Of a stretch of 64,000 nt of DNA, positions 31,258 to 41,579 are shown piece by piece. The notes below the pieces were generated by a model. That model made no database searches, was not told where the DNA came from, and saw only the letters and a list, made by a program, of their open reading frames with translations. The stretch is from Phycisphaerae bacterium. GTDB taxonomy: Bacteria; Planctomycetota; Phycisphaerae; UBA1845; Fen-1342. Each line of letters opens with the position of its first letter. The first letter of the stretch is position 1. The DNA lies in the NCBI GenBank assembly GCA_033764195.1, contig JANRJD010000032.1, forward strand, positions 362,262 through 426,261. The letters are read 5' to 3'. Position numbers and translations under genes: made by a program.

Positions 31258-31306
31258 TCTTGTTGGACATTGGATTTGTTGGATCTTGGATTTGTTGGAT
31301 ATTGCG
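31258..31306. repeat. TTGTTGGA(C/T) iterated direct repeats (two 16-bp units TTGGATTTGTTGGAT plus extra copy), AT-rich, ~125 bp upstream of the SPFH gene
   Basis: The sequence reads cttgttggaca ttggatttgttggatc ttggatttgttggata. Confidence 0.55.
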
Positions 31307-31426
31307 ACGAAACGAAACCACTCAGTGATCGGATCGCGGCGCCGGCGAATTCGCGACCGCGCAGGCTAAAGCCCGCGGCTCGTGATTAGAAACAACTGTC
31401 GGCGATTCATTGTTTGAGGGAGGTGC

Positions 31427-32572
31427 ATGATGCGGATGAATTTGATTACGCGAGTTCTGCGGTCGCAGCGCGGCCTGCACTATCGCTATGGCGAGTTCCG
31501 CGGCCTGCTGCAGCCGGGGCGCTATTGGTTTTTCAGCCGGCTGTGGAGCCGCGAGCGCGACCATGTGGACATTGTCGACACGCTGCTGACGCGGTTCGAC
31601 GCGTCGCGGCTCGACGTGATGTTGGAAAACGCCGGCCTGCGCGCAGAACTGGAGGTCGTCGACTTGCCCGACCATGAGCGGGCGGTCGTCTGGCGGCAGG
31701 ATCGCGCCTGGGCCGTGCTCGGGCCGGGTCGCCACGCGTTCTGGCGTTCACCCTATCGGCTGCGGATCGAGCGCTTCAACATCGCCGACTTCTGGCTGAA
31801 TCTGCCCGCGGCGGATGTTGAGGCGGTGGCGGCGTTGCCGGGAGTCTCGCGCTGGCTCAACGCGATCGACGTGGCCGAGCACGAGAGGGCGCTGCTGCTG
31901 CGCAACGGTAAGCTGGTCGAGACGCTGGGCCCGGGCCGTTACCTCTACTGGAGCGGCGCCGGCAAGGTCGCGATTCGCACGGTCGATCAGCGCGATCAGC
32001 AGGCCGACGTTGCGGGTCAGGAGATCATGACCCGCGACAAGGTCACGCTGCGGCTGAACGCACTGATGCAGTATCGCGTGATCGACGCGGAGCGCGCCGC
32101 GACCAGCGTCGCCGACTATTCGCAGGCGCTCTACCGCGAGGCGCAGCTCGCGCTGCGGGCGGCGGTCGGCGCGCGGTCGCTCGACGACTTACTGGCGGAC
32201 AAGGACGCCATCGGCGGCGAGGTCCGCGCAGCGCTCTCGGAGCGGGCGCAGGCGATCGGCGTCGAGGTTCGCAGCGTCGGCGTGAAGGACATCATCCTTC
32301 CCGGCGATATGAAGGCGATCCTGAATCGGGTGATCGAGGCCGAAAAGCAGGCCCAGGCCAACCTGATCCAGCGCCGCGAAGAGACCGCCGCCGCGCGAAG
32401 CCAGGCGAACACGGCCAAGCTGTTGCAGGACAACCCGCAACTGGCGCGACTGCGCGAGCTGGAGCTGCTGCAGGAAATCCTGCGTGGATCAAACGCGACG
32501 TTCGTCTTCGGCAATGCGGATGTGCTGGAGCAGATGCGCGGGCTGACGACGACGGCCAGGCCGCGCGGGTGA
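31427..32572 (+). CDS. SPFH/band-7 (stomatin-prohibitin-like) protein with triplicated N-terminal motif
   Basis: Band-7 core QEIMTRDKVTLRLNALMQYRVIDAERA... with a C-terminal coiled coil. The N-terminus carries three copies of the SPFH entry motif (HERAVVWRQDRAWAVLGPGRHAFW, HERALLLRNGKLVETLGPGRYLYW and an earlier QPGRYWFF). Confidence 0.8.
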   Translation: MMRMNLITRVLRSQRGLHYRYGEFRGLLQPGRYWFFSRLWSRERDHVDIVDTLLTRFDASRLDVMLENAGLRAELEVVDLPDHERAVVWRQDRAWAVLGPGRHAFWRSPYRLRIERFNIADFWLNLPAADVEAVAALPGVSRWLNAIDVAEHERALLLRNGKLVETLGPGRYLYWSGAGKVAIRTVDQRDQQADVAGQEIMTRDKVTLRLNALMQYRVIDAERAATSVADYSQALYREAQLALRAAVGARSLDDLLADKDAIGGEVRAALSERAQAIGVEVRSVGVKDIILPGDMKAILNRVIEAEKQAQANLIQRREETAAARSQANTAKLLQDNPQLARLRELELLQEILRGSNATFVFGNADVLEQMRGLTTTARPRG

Positions 32573-32660
32573 GAAAGATGCCCGCGGGCCGCGAGCGCCG
32601 CACGATGAGAATCGCGCGGTGTGGAGCGGCTCGCGGGCCGCCGATTCTCGACATTCAGAT

Positions 32661-33797
32661 CTACCGGTAGAAGCCGTCGGATAGAAGCTCGCAACAGTCG
32701 AAATAGTCACGACTAACCTTACAGGTACTGACTTGCGCGCCGGGGTAAATTCCCCAATCCACGGCGATTTGATCGAGGCTGGGCGAATCGGTCGCCTGAA
32801 TGAAGCGGCCCAGGCTGCTGTGCTCCCATACCTCGATCACTTCGAACAAGTCGCAACGGCGCGCGGAGGCGGCGACGACGAAAAACTGGTGCCCGACGCG
32901 AACGCCATCGTTGTCGCCACGATTGAAGATGACCTGGATTGGGAAAAACCAGGGCTCGCCCGAGTATTGGGAATCATTTGCGCGGAGCTCGGGCGGCAGA
33001 ACCCGAACTTCGGTAATCGCCCCTTCGATAGGTTGATCAAGGAGCAGGGCGCCGTACGGAGGCGGAAATTCAACGCTCGCGCCGGGTAGCTCTGAGTAAG
33101 TTGCGTCCGTGTACGCCGGGGCGAACGATCCGCATCCGTTCCATGTGGCAAGCAATCGCGGCATTTCTGACTCCGGAACCAAGCCTCGAGCATTCCTGTA
33201 GCGAACGACGAAGTAGTCGCCGCTAACTTCGTGGTCGTTCTTCCCGATCGCAGTAAGCCGGAGGCGCGACTCACCGATTACCTCGATTGAGCCGAACTTC
33301 GGCAATACTCGCGACCATCCACTATGCGAGTGCCAAGTGAACCCGCCGCCCGGCGCCAGCTCATACTCCCCGCCAGCATCCATCACCCCCCACGTTTCAT
33401 AGTGTCCAGCCCAAGGGTGGCCTCGGAGCGACTCAAGTTCGCCTTCGATTGCGCGACGGCGCGCGTGCGCACGAGAACAGATGACATCGCCCGCCCAATC
33501 CGCGATCGCTCTCGCAAAGCGATTGCCACTCCACGAAGACTCGAAAAGTGATTCGAGCGTCGCAGTCGGTAGTACGCGCGCCAGCACGAATGGAAGTCCC
33601 CAATACGCAAACGCGGCTCCTCCGCCGAGCGTCATCAGCGCGATCCCCACTCGACGCAGGATTCGGTTCCGCCGCGCGCGCCGGCTTGGGGCAGGCGTGG
33701 CTACGGACGTCCCGCATTCGGGGCAAACGCCAGGATCGATCGGGTAATCGCAGCGAGGACAGAAGCCGGAAGGAGTGTGGGGAACAGTCATGATCAC
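32661..33797 (-). CDS. Hypothetical membrane-anchored protein with N-terminal zinc ribbon (CPRC...CPEC), low-GC
   Basis: CxxC-x14-CxxC then a TM helix, followed by a ~300-aa domain with no recognisable motif. GC is about 56% versus ~68% in the flanks. Confidence 0.5.
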   Translation of the reverse strand: MIMTVPHTPSGFCPRCDYPIDPGVCPECGTSVATPAPSRRARRNRILRRVGIALMTLGGGAAFAYWGLPFVLARVLPTATLESLFESSWSGNRFARAIADWAGDVICSRAHARRRAIEGELESLRGHPWAGHYETWGVMDAGGEYELAPGGGFTWHSHSGWSRVLPKFGSIEVIGESRLRLTAIGKNDHEVSGDYFVVRYRNARGLVPESEMPRLLATWNGCGSFAPAYTDATYSELPGASVEFPPPYGALLLDQPIEGAITEVRVLPPELRANDSQYSGEPWFFPIQVIFNRGDNDGVRVGHQFFVVAASARRCDLFEVIEVWEHSSLGRFIQATDSPSLDQIAVDWGIYPGAQVSTCKVSRDYFDCCELLSDGFYR

Positions 33798-33860
33798 GCG
33801 GCCCGCGGAGCATTGTGACCTATCGTAGCCGTGATCAGTAAGGAGTGCTGGCCGTCGGCT

Positions 33861-36563
33861 CTAGCGTTCCAACTGTTCCACCAACCAGCAAAACTTCGCT
33901 CGAAAATCCGCCTGCGCGGGCCCTTCGCCTGCGATCAGCGGGACTGTCGCATCGGCGATGGCGAGCGCATCCATTCTGCGGCGGGCGCGGGCCAGGCAGT
34001 CGGCGAGCATCCACCGCGCCGAGATTACGCTCGTATCTTGTGCCGGCAGAAGCGCAGAGCGGATTTCGAGGCAATCGCGAATCAGCGACTCACCCGACGC
34101 GGGGTCGCCGTTTTCAACGAAAGCGCGGCCGAGCAATCCCGCTGTCTGCGCGAGCGACAAGCGTGTCTTCCGGGCGGCGTCGTCCGACGGATCGATCGGC
34201 AAATCGAAATCAGTCTCCGAGAGTTGGCGGCAATGCTGCTCGCAGAGCAGCGCGATCGCGTCGGTCCAGCGGCCCACTCGAACCATGTAATAGCCGAGTG
34301 CATCAACCGTGCTCTGACAGGCCGGGTGGTTGCGCCCCTGAAGCTCTTCGCCGATTGCCAGCGACTCTTCCATGATCGGGACCGCCTCGGCGTAGCGTCC
34401 GGTCTCGCCTAGAAACCAGCCGAGGTTATGCAGCGCGCCGCGCAACTCCATGTGTCGCGGCGACTGGATGCGGCGCAGGCGTACGCATTCGCGAAGCAGC
34501 GCCTCGGCCTCCGGCCGCCGACCCAGGCGGGTGAGGACCGTGGCCAGATTTTGCTGCGCCGTGAGCAGATAGCGATGTTCCGGGCCGACGTGTCGTTGAT
34601 AAATCTCGATCGCTTCCTCCAACACAGCGCGGGCCTTCTCGTACTCGCGCGTTTGATTGGTCAAATAGCCTCCGAATGACACCAGCGTGGACGCCAGCCC
34701 GAACTCGCGCGCGGCGCCGGCCGCACGATCGATGGCGATCGCCTGCTCAAAACTCTCGGTCCCGCCCGCAATGTCGCCGCGATCAAACAGCGAGCCGCCG
34801 AGGCTCGCGAGCGTGCCCGCGTATTCGCCGCTGGCTTTCGACTGAGACTCGCGCGCGGCGAGAGATGCGCGGAAGTATTCCTCGGCACGGGCGTAGTCGC
34901 CTTTGCCGCGATACATGACGCCGATGTTGGATAGTTGACGCGCCACCGCTTCGCCGGTCTCCGCGCCGGCGCGCCGCGCGAGCTCCAGCGCGGCGGTGAA
35001 TTGCCGAATCGCTCCGTCATAGTCGCCGCGACCTTCGAGCACTTCGCCCAGGCCGGAAAAGGCGGACCGGAGCGCGATTTCGTCGCCGGGGTCGGTTGCC
35101 TGACGCAGGGCCAGCGCGGCGGAATACTGCTTCTCCGCAGAGTCGTAATCGGCCAGATTGATGTAGGCGCTGCCGAGCGCTTCGCGAACGCTGGCCTCTA
35201 CCAGAGGCTCATGGGTCAGCGCCCCTTCCTCGATCGCCTCTGTCGCATCGGCCAACATCGCTTCGAGCGTGACGGGGCCGCTGACCCGGGCTGGGTCGAC
35301 GGCGCCCAGGACCTGATCGCGCAGAAAATCGAGCGACGCCTCGGCCTGTGCCGCGCGGCGGGCGGCCTCGCGGTTGGCGGCGATGGCCGTTTCGCGCGCG
35401 GCCTCCGCGGCTTCGCGTGCCGCGTCGGCCTGTTGTCGTGCCCGAGCCTGGTCGACATACATCCACGCCAACGCTCCCGCAGTCGCAAGCAGCAGCAACG
35501 CGGCGCCTGCCGCGGCACGCACGGGCCAGCGATGACGGTGCAGCATTTTTCGCAGCAGGTAGACCTGCGAATCGCGCTTGGCCGAGATCGGCTCGTTCGC
35601 GAGGTAGTGCCGAAGATCGGCCGCCAGTTCACCGGCGGTCTGATATCGCCGAGCGGGTTCCTTCTGCAGGCACTTCAGCACAATGGTCGAAAGCTCATCG
35701 TCGACGCCGCGCTGCAGCGACCGGGGATCGCGCGGCTCGACCTCGCGCACCTGGCGTATGAACTCCGGCAGCGCGGCCCCGAGCGGATGTGGCATGTGCC
35801 CGGTGAGCGCGTTGTAGAGCATCACTCCCAGCGAGTAGACGTCGCTGCGGGTGTCGATCTCAGTCTGGCGACCCTCGAGTTGTTCGGGGCTGGACCAGGG
35901 CAGCGAGCCGACAAACTGGCCCGTCTGCGTCATTTGCGAGAGATGTTCCGCGCCATTTGCGCCTTGCAACTTCGCGAGCCCGAAGTCGAGCACGCGCGGC
36001 TCGCCCAACTGGTCGATCATCACGTTGCCGGGCTTCAAGTCCCGGTGAATCACCCCGCGCACATGCGCCGCCTGCACCGCGTCGGCGATTTTCGTGAAGA
36101 GGGCGAGCGTGCTTTCGATCGACCAGAGGCGATCGGTGGCGCGCGCCGCCAGCCAGCGATCGAGCGGCGCACCGTCGACAAACTCCATTACGCAATAACA
36201 CGAATCGCCGGCGAGGGAGCTTTCGTGAATGGCGACGATGTTGGGGTGGCGGAGCTGCGCAAGCAGTTCGACCTCGCGCTCGAAGCGGGCGGCGGTGGCG
36301 CTCGCGTCGCCCGGCGCCGCGCCGCGAAGCACCTTGATCGCCACGCGCCGCTGCGTCCCAAGCTGCATCGCCTCGTACACGACGCCTTGCCCGCCGCGGG
36401 CGTGTTCCGAAAGGATCTGATAGCCGGGAATGGCGGGGGGACCGAGGCGGGCGGTGGGGCTGATGGGGCGAAACTGCTCCGCTCCGCGCCGCGCAGAGGC
36501 GACCTGGTTGGCGGCCAGAGCGATCCAGTCGTCGAGCGGGCGGTTGGAGGAACCTGGGTTCAC
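33861..36563 (-). CDS. Ser/Thr protein kinase with TM segment and C-terminal TPR-repeat sensor domain
   Basis: Kinase subdomains are present: GQGVVYEA...AIK, HRDLKPGNVMI, DFGLAK and SPEQ. A TM helix is followed by multiple TPR-like repeats. Confidence 0.85.
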   Translation of the reverse strand: MNPGSSNRPLDDWIALAANQVASARRGAEQFRPISPTARLGPPAIPGYQILSEHARGGQGVVYEAMQLGTQRRVAIKVLRGAAPGDASATAARFEREVELLAQLRHPNIVAIHESSLAGDSCYCVMEFVDGAPLDRWLAARATDRLWSIESTLALFTKIADAVQAAHVRGVIHRDLKPGNVMIDQLGEPRVLDFGLAKLQGANGAEHLSQMTQTGQFVGSLPWSSPEQLEGRQTEIDTRSDVYSLGVMLYNALTGHMPHPLGAALPEFIRQVREVEPRDPRSLQRGVDDELSTIVLKCLQKEPARRYQTAGELAADLRHYLANEPISAKRDSQVYLLRKMLHRHRWPVRAAAGAALLLLATAGALAWMYVDQARARQQADAAREAAEAARETAIAANREAARRAAQAEASLDFLRDQVLGAVDPARVSGPVTLEAMLADATEAIEEGALTHEPLVEASVREALGSAYINLADYDSAEKQYSAALALRQATDPGDEIALRSAFSGLGEVLEGRGDYDGAIRQFTAALELARRAGAETGEAVARQLSNIGVMYRGKGDYARAEEYFRASLAARESQSKASGEYAGTLASLGGSLFDRGDIAGGTESFEQAIAIDRAAGAAREFGLASTLVSFGGYLTNQTREYEKARAVLEEAIEIYQRHVGPEHRYLLTAQQNLATVLTRLGRRPEAEALLRECVRLRRIQSPRHMELRGALHNLGWFLGETGRYAEAVPIMEESLAIGEELQGRNHPACQSTVDALGYYMVRVGRWTDAIALLCEQHCRQLSETDFDLPIDPSDDAARKTRLSLAQTAGLLGRAFVENGDPASGESLIRDCLEIRSALLPAQDTSVISARWMLADCLARARRRMDALAIADATVPLIAGEGPAQADFRAKFCWLVEQLER

Positions 36564-36686
36564 GATGAAATCTGCCTATTCCGATAGCGCGTCGTGTCGC
36601 TCATGGGGGCGTTTCTCGGCTCGCCGCCGCCGCGGAACGCAGCTCCGCCGCATCGTGCCATCTGAGCGACGAACGCGCCGCCGCCT

Positions 36687-37292
36687 TCACGCGATCGTGC
36701 TCCAAAATTCCGCCGGCGACATGATTTCGGTCAGCCGCGCGTGCGCCCGAGCGCGGAGCATGTGTACTGCACCGGGCGAGCGACCAATCGCCTGCGCCAC
36801 ATCGGCGATCGACCGGCCCTCCAGATCGTAAAGCCGCACCACACTCTGATAGTCCTCCGGAAGGGCGGCGAGAGCGGCGTGCAGGGCGGTGCGGGCTTCC
36901 TTTTGGCCGACGACGCGGCTGGGAGTGGTCGAAGTGACACCGAGCAAGGCGATCAGATCGACGCAGGATTCATCCGCGCCGCGAGCGGCCTGCACCGCCG
37001 GCGGCGGCCGCTTCAGCCGCTCGAGGCCCTTGATCGCGTCGCGCAGGTTGTTGTCGGCGATGCGGCTGAGCCAGCGATAAAAGCTGCCCGCCCCGGTCGG
37101 CGAGAAACTGTCGATCCGCAGAAACGCTTCCAGGAGCGTCACCTGAATCACGTCGTCGGCGTCGATGGCGCTTTGCCATTTGGAATCGATCGAGAGCTGA
37201 TTGCGGACGAGCGGCGCGTGTTGACGGAGCAACTCCGACAGGGCGGCGACATCGCCCGCAACGGCGGATTGCATCAATTCGGCTTCGCTCAT
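36687..37292 (-). CDS. ECF-type RNA polymerase sigma-70 factor
   Basis: Region 2 (LLEAFLRIDSF) and region 4 helix-turn-helix (GRSIADVAQAIGRSPGAVHMLRARA). It is co-oriented and directly upstream of the kinase. Confidence 0.85.
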   Translation of the reverse strand: MSEAELMQSAVAGDVAALSELLRQHAPLVRNQLSIDSKWQSAIDADDVIQVTLLEAFLRIDSFSPTGAGSFYRWLSRIADNNLRDAIKGLERLKRPPPAVQAARGADESCVDLIALLGVTSTTPSRVVGQKEARTALHAALAALPEDYQSVVRLYDLEGRSIADVAQAIGRSPGAVHMLRARAHARLTEIMSPAEFWSTIA

Positions 37293-37409
37293 ACGGCTGC
37301 GAGAATCATCCTACCACGGGTGCGACCGATCTCGGACTGCCGAAAAGTCGCTCCGTCGCGGAAGCCGCAGACCGCGGCGGTCGAACGGGGTCGGTAGGGG
37401 CCCTAACCG

Positions 37410-38117
37410 CTACCTGCGTTTTTCGAGGGTGACGTGATAGCGCGAATAGCGAAATCGCTCGGTCAACGATTGTTCGGTCATGAGCCGCGCCGAGCGGATT
37501 TCGAAGCGCGTGCCGGCAAAAAGCTCGCGAACCCGCTCGAAATTGAAGTAACTCTGGATTGTGTCGCGTTCGTGCGGCGTTTCGACCACTGTCTCGCCGG
37601 CGAACTCCCGATGGTGATTGCTGTCGTCGCCACTGATCAGATCGACGAATAGCGTGGAACGAACCACGCGGTCCAACTCGCCCACGCAGCGCCGCGCGAG
37701 TGCAAACGGCATGCTGTCGAGCACGCCGCAAGCCGTCGCAAAGTCAAAGTATCCCGCTTCGAACGGCAGGGGGGATTCGCCGTCGACCAGCCGCAGCCGA
37801 TCGATCGCGGCGGTCTGCCCGGCGGCGGCGAGCAGGCGCCGAGCGACGTCGAGGCTGGCGGTGGAGATCTCAACGCCATGCGCCTCGACGCCGAACTCCT
37901 CAAATAGAGCGACATGACGACCGATGCCGCAGCCGAAATCGAGCCCGCGCAAGCGCGTGCGGCCCGGCGGCGGCGTCAGGATGTCGCGAAAGGTCTCGAT
38001 GCCGGTGCGCTTGCGGATCGAGCGGTTCAGAAACTTGACCGTCTCTTCTTTGGGATAGAAGGCGTAGTTCTCGCCGCGTTCGTAGCTGGCGTTCCATGCG
38101 TCGCTGCGAGTGTTCAT
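37410..38117 (-). CDS. Class I SAM-dependent methyltransferase
   Basis: Motif I LDFGCGIGRH. Start set at MNTRSDAW (M36 of the track ORF). Confidence 0.65.
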   Translation of the reverse strand: MNTRSDAWNASYERGENYAFYPKEETVKFLNRSIRKRTGIETFRDILTPPPGRTRLRGLDFGCGIGRHVALFEEFGVEAHGVEISTASLDVARRLLAAAGQTAAIDRLRLVDGESPLPFEAGYFDFATACGVLDSMPFALARRCVGELDRVVRSTLFVDLISGDDSNHHREFAGETVVETPHERDTIQSYFNFERVRELFAGTRFEIRSARLMTEQSLTERFRYSRYHVTLEKRR

Positions 38118-38333
38118 CCGGGGACCTTTCGCGGTTTCGATTGAGCGATGGCGTGTGGTCTGTCGGTCGCCGCGTCGCGGCCGGGGTGCATCGCCCGGTT
38201 GCGAAGCGCTATCTCTGACCATCGGCTCGCTTCACCGTCGCCCCCGGGGCAGACCCGGTCCTCGCGCAGCGACTGCGCATTTCGCGAATTGGATGCCGCC
38301 CCCCGACATGTCTATCACTGCGCCGATCGGCCA

Positions 38334-39593
38334 CTATCCCGCCAGCGGGAATTGCTTGCACATCTCGCGCACCTCCTCGCGGACGCGCTGAAGGCCCGAT
38401 GCCTCGCCGCGCGTCGAGAGCGCGGCGTGCAGCAATTCCGCAACGCGCGACATGTCCGCCGGCCCCAGCCCGCGCGTGGTGAGCGCCGGCGTGCCGAGCC
38501 GCAGGCCGCTGGTTTGCGTCGGCTTGCGCTCATCAAAGGGGATCATGTTTTTGTTCGTGATCATGCCGGCCTGCTCCAGCCACGCCTCGGCATCCTTGCC
38601 CGTCACGTCGGCAAAGGCCGGCCGCAAGTCGACCAGCATCAGGTGGTTGTCGGTGCCGCCGGAGACGAGGCGATAGCCACGTGCGGCGAGCGCCTCTGCC
38701 AAGGCGCGGGCGTTGACCACGATCTGTTTCTGATATTCCTTGAATTCCGGTCGCAGAGCCTCGCCAAAGGCCACCGCCTTGCCGGCGATGACATGCATCA
38801 GCGGGCCACCTTGCGAGCCGGGGAAGACCCATTTGTCGACCAGCGGGCCGCGCTCAGCGTCGCACAAGATTAGTCCGCCGCGCGGGCCGCGCAGCGTTTT
38901 GTGCGTGGTGGTGGTCGTAAAGGTCGCGTGTCCGATCGAGGTCGGATGAATGCCGGCGACGATCAGCCCGGCGATATGCGCCACATCAGCCAGCATCAGG
39001 GCCCCGACCTCGCGGGCGATCTCGCCAAATGCCGCGAAGTCGATCGTGCGCGGATACGCCGATGCGCCACAGATGACGAGCTTCGGCTTGTGCTCGCGGG
39101 CCAGCCGGCGCACCTCGGCCATGTCGAAACGCTCCGTCTTGCGGTCGACGCCGTAGTGCACGACGTTGAAATAGGCGCCGCTGAAGTTGACCTTCAGCCC
39201 GTGCGTCAGGTGCCCGCCGTGCGCCAGATCGAGCGACAGGATCGTGTCGCCGGGCTTGAGCGCCGCAAGAAACACGGCGGTGTTGGCATTCGCGCCGCAG
39301 TGCGGCTGCACATTCGCATGAGCGCAGCCGAACATCTGCTTCGCCCGCTCGCGCGCCAGGTCTTCGATGACGTCGTAATGGACGCAGCCGCCGTAATAGC
39401 GCTTGCCCGGATAGCCCTCGGCGTACTTATTCGTCAGAACGGAGCCGACGGCCTCCCGCACAGCGCGCGATACATGATTCTCCGAGGCGATCAGCTCGAG
39501 CGTCGTCTCTTGCCGTTCCTCCTCGGCGTGAATCAGCCCAGCGATTTTTGAGTCGACGTCGGCGAGCGAATGATTGAGCAGCGAGTGTTTCAA
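38334..39593 (-). CDS. glyA: Serine hydroxymethyltransferase
   Basis: [26 protein letters not shown] and the PLP-lysine region [14 protein letters not shown]. Confidence 0.9.
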   Translation of the reverse strand: MKHSLLNHSLADVDSKIAGLIHAEEERQETTLELIASENHVSRAVREAVGSVLTNKYAEGYPGKRYYGGCVHYDVIEDLARERAKQMFGCAHANVQPHCGANANTAVFLAALKPGDTILSLDLAHGGHLTHGLKVNFSGAYFNVVHYGVDRKTERFDMAEVRRLAREHKPKLVICGASAYPRTIDFAAFGEIAREVGALMLADVAHIAGLIVAGIHPTSIGHATFTTTTTHKTLRGPRGGLILCDAERGPLVDKWVFPGSQGGPLMHVIAGKAVAFGEALRPEFKEYQKQIVVNARALAEALAARGYRLVSGGTDNHLMLVDLRPAFADVTGKDAEAWLEQAGMITNKNMIPFDERKPTQTSGLRLGTPALTTRGLGPADMSRVAELLHAALSTRGEASGLQRVREEVREMCKQFPLAG

Positions 39594-39708
39594 GGTTCAC
39601 AATCCTTGCATTTCGGGCCTGAGGGGCCGGCCAGCGTTTCTCGGCTTTGTAAGTGTATTCGCCTTTGCGACCAAGCGGGGGGCCCGGCCGCAGCGACAGA
39701 GCCGTTGT

Positions 39709-41127
39709 TCATATGGTCAATCGCATCGCCGCCGCCCGCGAGCGTTCCGACGCGTCGGCGATACGAAAAATGAAATACGAACTCCCCGCCAGCCCGGCCG
39801 CAATCACGAACGCACCGACCCCGAGATGCTGATACGCCACGTATCCCAACAGCGGCATGATCAGGCCGCGAGCCCCGGTGAGCGCGACGTGAACCGACAT
39901 GTAGAGCTCGGTCTGATGCTCCGGAGCAAAATGCAGATGGCCTAGATTCCAGGCGATCTGCCCGCCGCCATGCGAGACGCCGTAAAGCCCCCGCGCAACG
40001 ACCAGCAGCACGAAGCCGGCCACCACCGCGAAGGGCAGCGTCAGCTTCAGCAGCACCATCGCCGCCGCAAGACAGACATAGTGGCTGATCCAGCAGAGTG
40101 AGTTGGTCAGGCGATAGCGCACCACGCCGACGCGGTCGAAGTAGGGGGTCCAGAACGGGATGACGATGAATTTCAGCGCAGTGGGGATATGCACTAGGAG
40201 CACGACCGACCAGAAATAGCTCAGCCCGAGGTCCTTCGCGACGGTGCTCGTCACCGCCGGGCCGGTGAAGAAATTGGCGGAGCCCAGCAGAAACATGCCC
40301 ACCTGATAGCGGGCGAAGGCCCGGTCGTCGCGAAGAATCGCGAATGACTCCGCCAGGCCGGCCCGCGCGCCGCCGCGGGCGCGCACCGGTGCGTTGCTCG
40401 AGAGTTCGTCGTCGATGGAGGCCGTCGCGTCGTCATCATCATCGGGCGGCGGCGCGCCGCGTCGCGCGGCAAGCTCGCGGGCAGTGCGACGAAACTCGCT
40501 GCGTTCGCCGCGAACCCGCCAGCGCAGCAGCGGAAGCAGCGCCAGCGATCCGCACCCGGCCACCGCGAGATACCCCCAGGCGTAGGCCCGCTCGTTCCAG
40601 TCAAAAACGAGCCCAAGCACGCCCGCGGCGATCGCCGCAATGAGCAGCCGCACGGTCGATAGCCGTCCGGCGATTCGCCCGCGATGGGTAACGGGATAGT
40701 TCGCACGCCAGATCGTGGTGCGGAGCGTCACCAAGCCCGACAGAAAAAAATTCGCCAACGCGATCTGGGCGGCAAAGAGCCAGCCACCCCAGGCCGGTTC
40801 GGACGGCGTGAAGAAGATCGAGGCGAGCGTCAGGCAGGCGCTGATCGCGATGGCGCGATACATCGGCGCCCGCCCGCGGCCTCGCAAGAAGACGCCCCAG
40901 AGAACGTTGAACAGATTGACGACGACCGGGACGCCCCAGGTCACCGTTACCAGAAAGTTAGATCCGTGAAACGTCTTGGCGGCGATGACGCTGGCGATCT
41001 CTCCCTCGACGGCCCCAACCACCGCACCCCACAGCAGGAGATGCCGAAGCTCTTGCCGATAACTCAAACGGGAGAGGTAGGGCAGGTCGGCGGTGCGGAG
41101 AAAATCGAACAGCGCTCGCATCGTCAA
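39709..41127 (-). CDS. MFS-type transporter with acidic Ala/Asp-rich central loop
   Basis: About 12 hydrophobic segments arranged 6+6 around a long charged loop (PPDDDDDATASIDDELSS). Confidence 0.65.
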   Translation of the reverse strand: MTMRALFDFLRTADLPYLSRLSYRQELRHLLLWGAVVGAVEGEIASVIAAKTFHGSNFLVTVTWGVPVVVNLFNVLWGVFLRGRGRAPMYRAIAISACLTLASIFFTPSEPAWGGWLFAAQIALANFFLSGLVTLRTTIWRANYPVTHRGRIAGRLSTVRLLIAAIAAGVLGLVFDWNERAYAWGYLAVAGCGSLALLPLLRWRVRGERSEFRRTARELAARRGAPPPDDDDDATASIDDELSSNAPVRARGGARAGLAESFAILRDDRAFARYQVGMFLLGSANFFTGPAVTSTVAKDLGLSYFWSVVLLVHIPTALKFIVIPFWTPYFDRVGVVRYRLTNSLCWISHYVCLAAAMVLLKLTLPFAVVAGFVLLVVARGLYGVSHGGGQIAWNLGHLHFAPEHQTELYMSVHVALTGARGLIMPLLGYVAYQHLGVGAFVIAAGLAGSSYFIFRIADASERSRAAAMRLTI

Positions 41128-41324
41128 TTCGTGTTTCCGCCGCGAATCCTACGGCAAAAGCGCCGCAAACGCGCGTTTGCCGCGCGACTGACTACGATTC
41201 TCTTTGACAGCGCCGCGCATGCAACCGATAATCCGTAAATAGTGTAAGTTCGCCAGTTGCGGACTCTGCCGACGCCCGACACGCCGGCGAAAGGTCGCTC
41301 GGGGCGACGAAAGGCTGGTTTGCG

Positions 41325-41579
41325 ATGATGCTCGGATTTATCAACGGCCTCTCTCCCATGCACCTGTTGGTGATCGGGCTGGTCGCGTTGCTGCTCTTCG
41401 GCAACCGCCTGCCGGAGGTCATGCGGGCGCTGGGTAAGTCGATCAACGAGTTCAAAAAGGGCATGCACGAGGTGGACGATAACTTGCGCGACAAGCCTCC
41501 CGCCCGGCTGAGCCCGCCCAACGACCCCACCGTCGCTCAGAAGGAAAACGCACCCGCCAAGGAACCGGTGGAGCGGTGA
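41325..41579 (+). CDS. tatA: Sec-independent protein translocase TatA/E family
   Basis: N-terminal TM segment LLVIGLVALLLFG followed by the amphipathic helix NRLPEVMRALGKSINEFKKG. Confidence 0.8.
   Translation: MMLGFINGLSPMHLLVIGLVALLLFGNRLPEVMRALGKSINEFKKGMHEVDDNLRDKPPARLSPPNDPTVAQKENAPAKEPVER

Noticed and set aside
34935-36587. 550-aa plus-strand ORF
   Set aside because: Antisense to the TPR Ser/Thr kinase, whose kinase subdomains are unambiguous.
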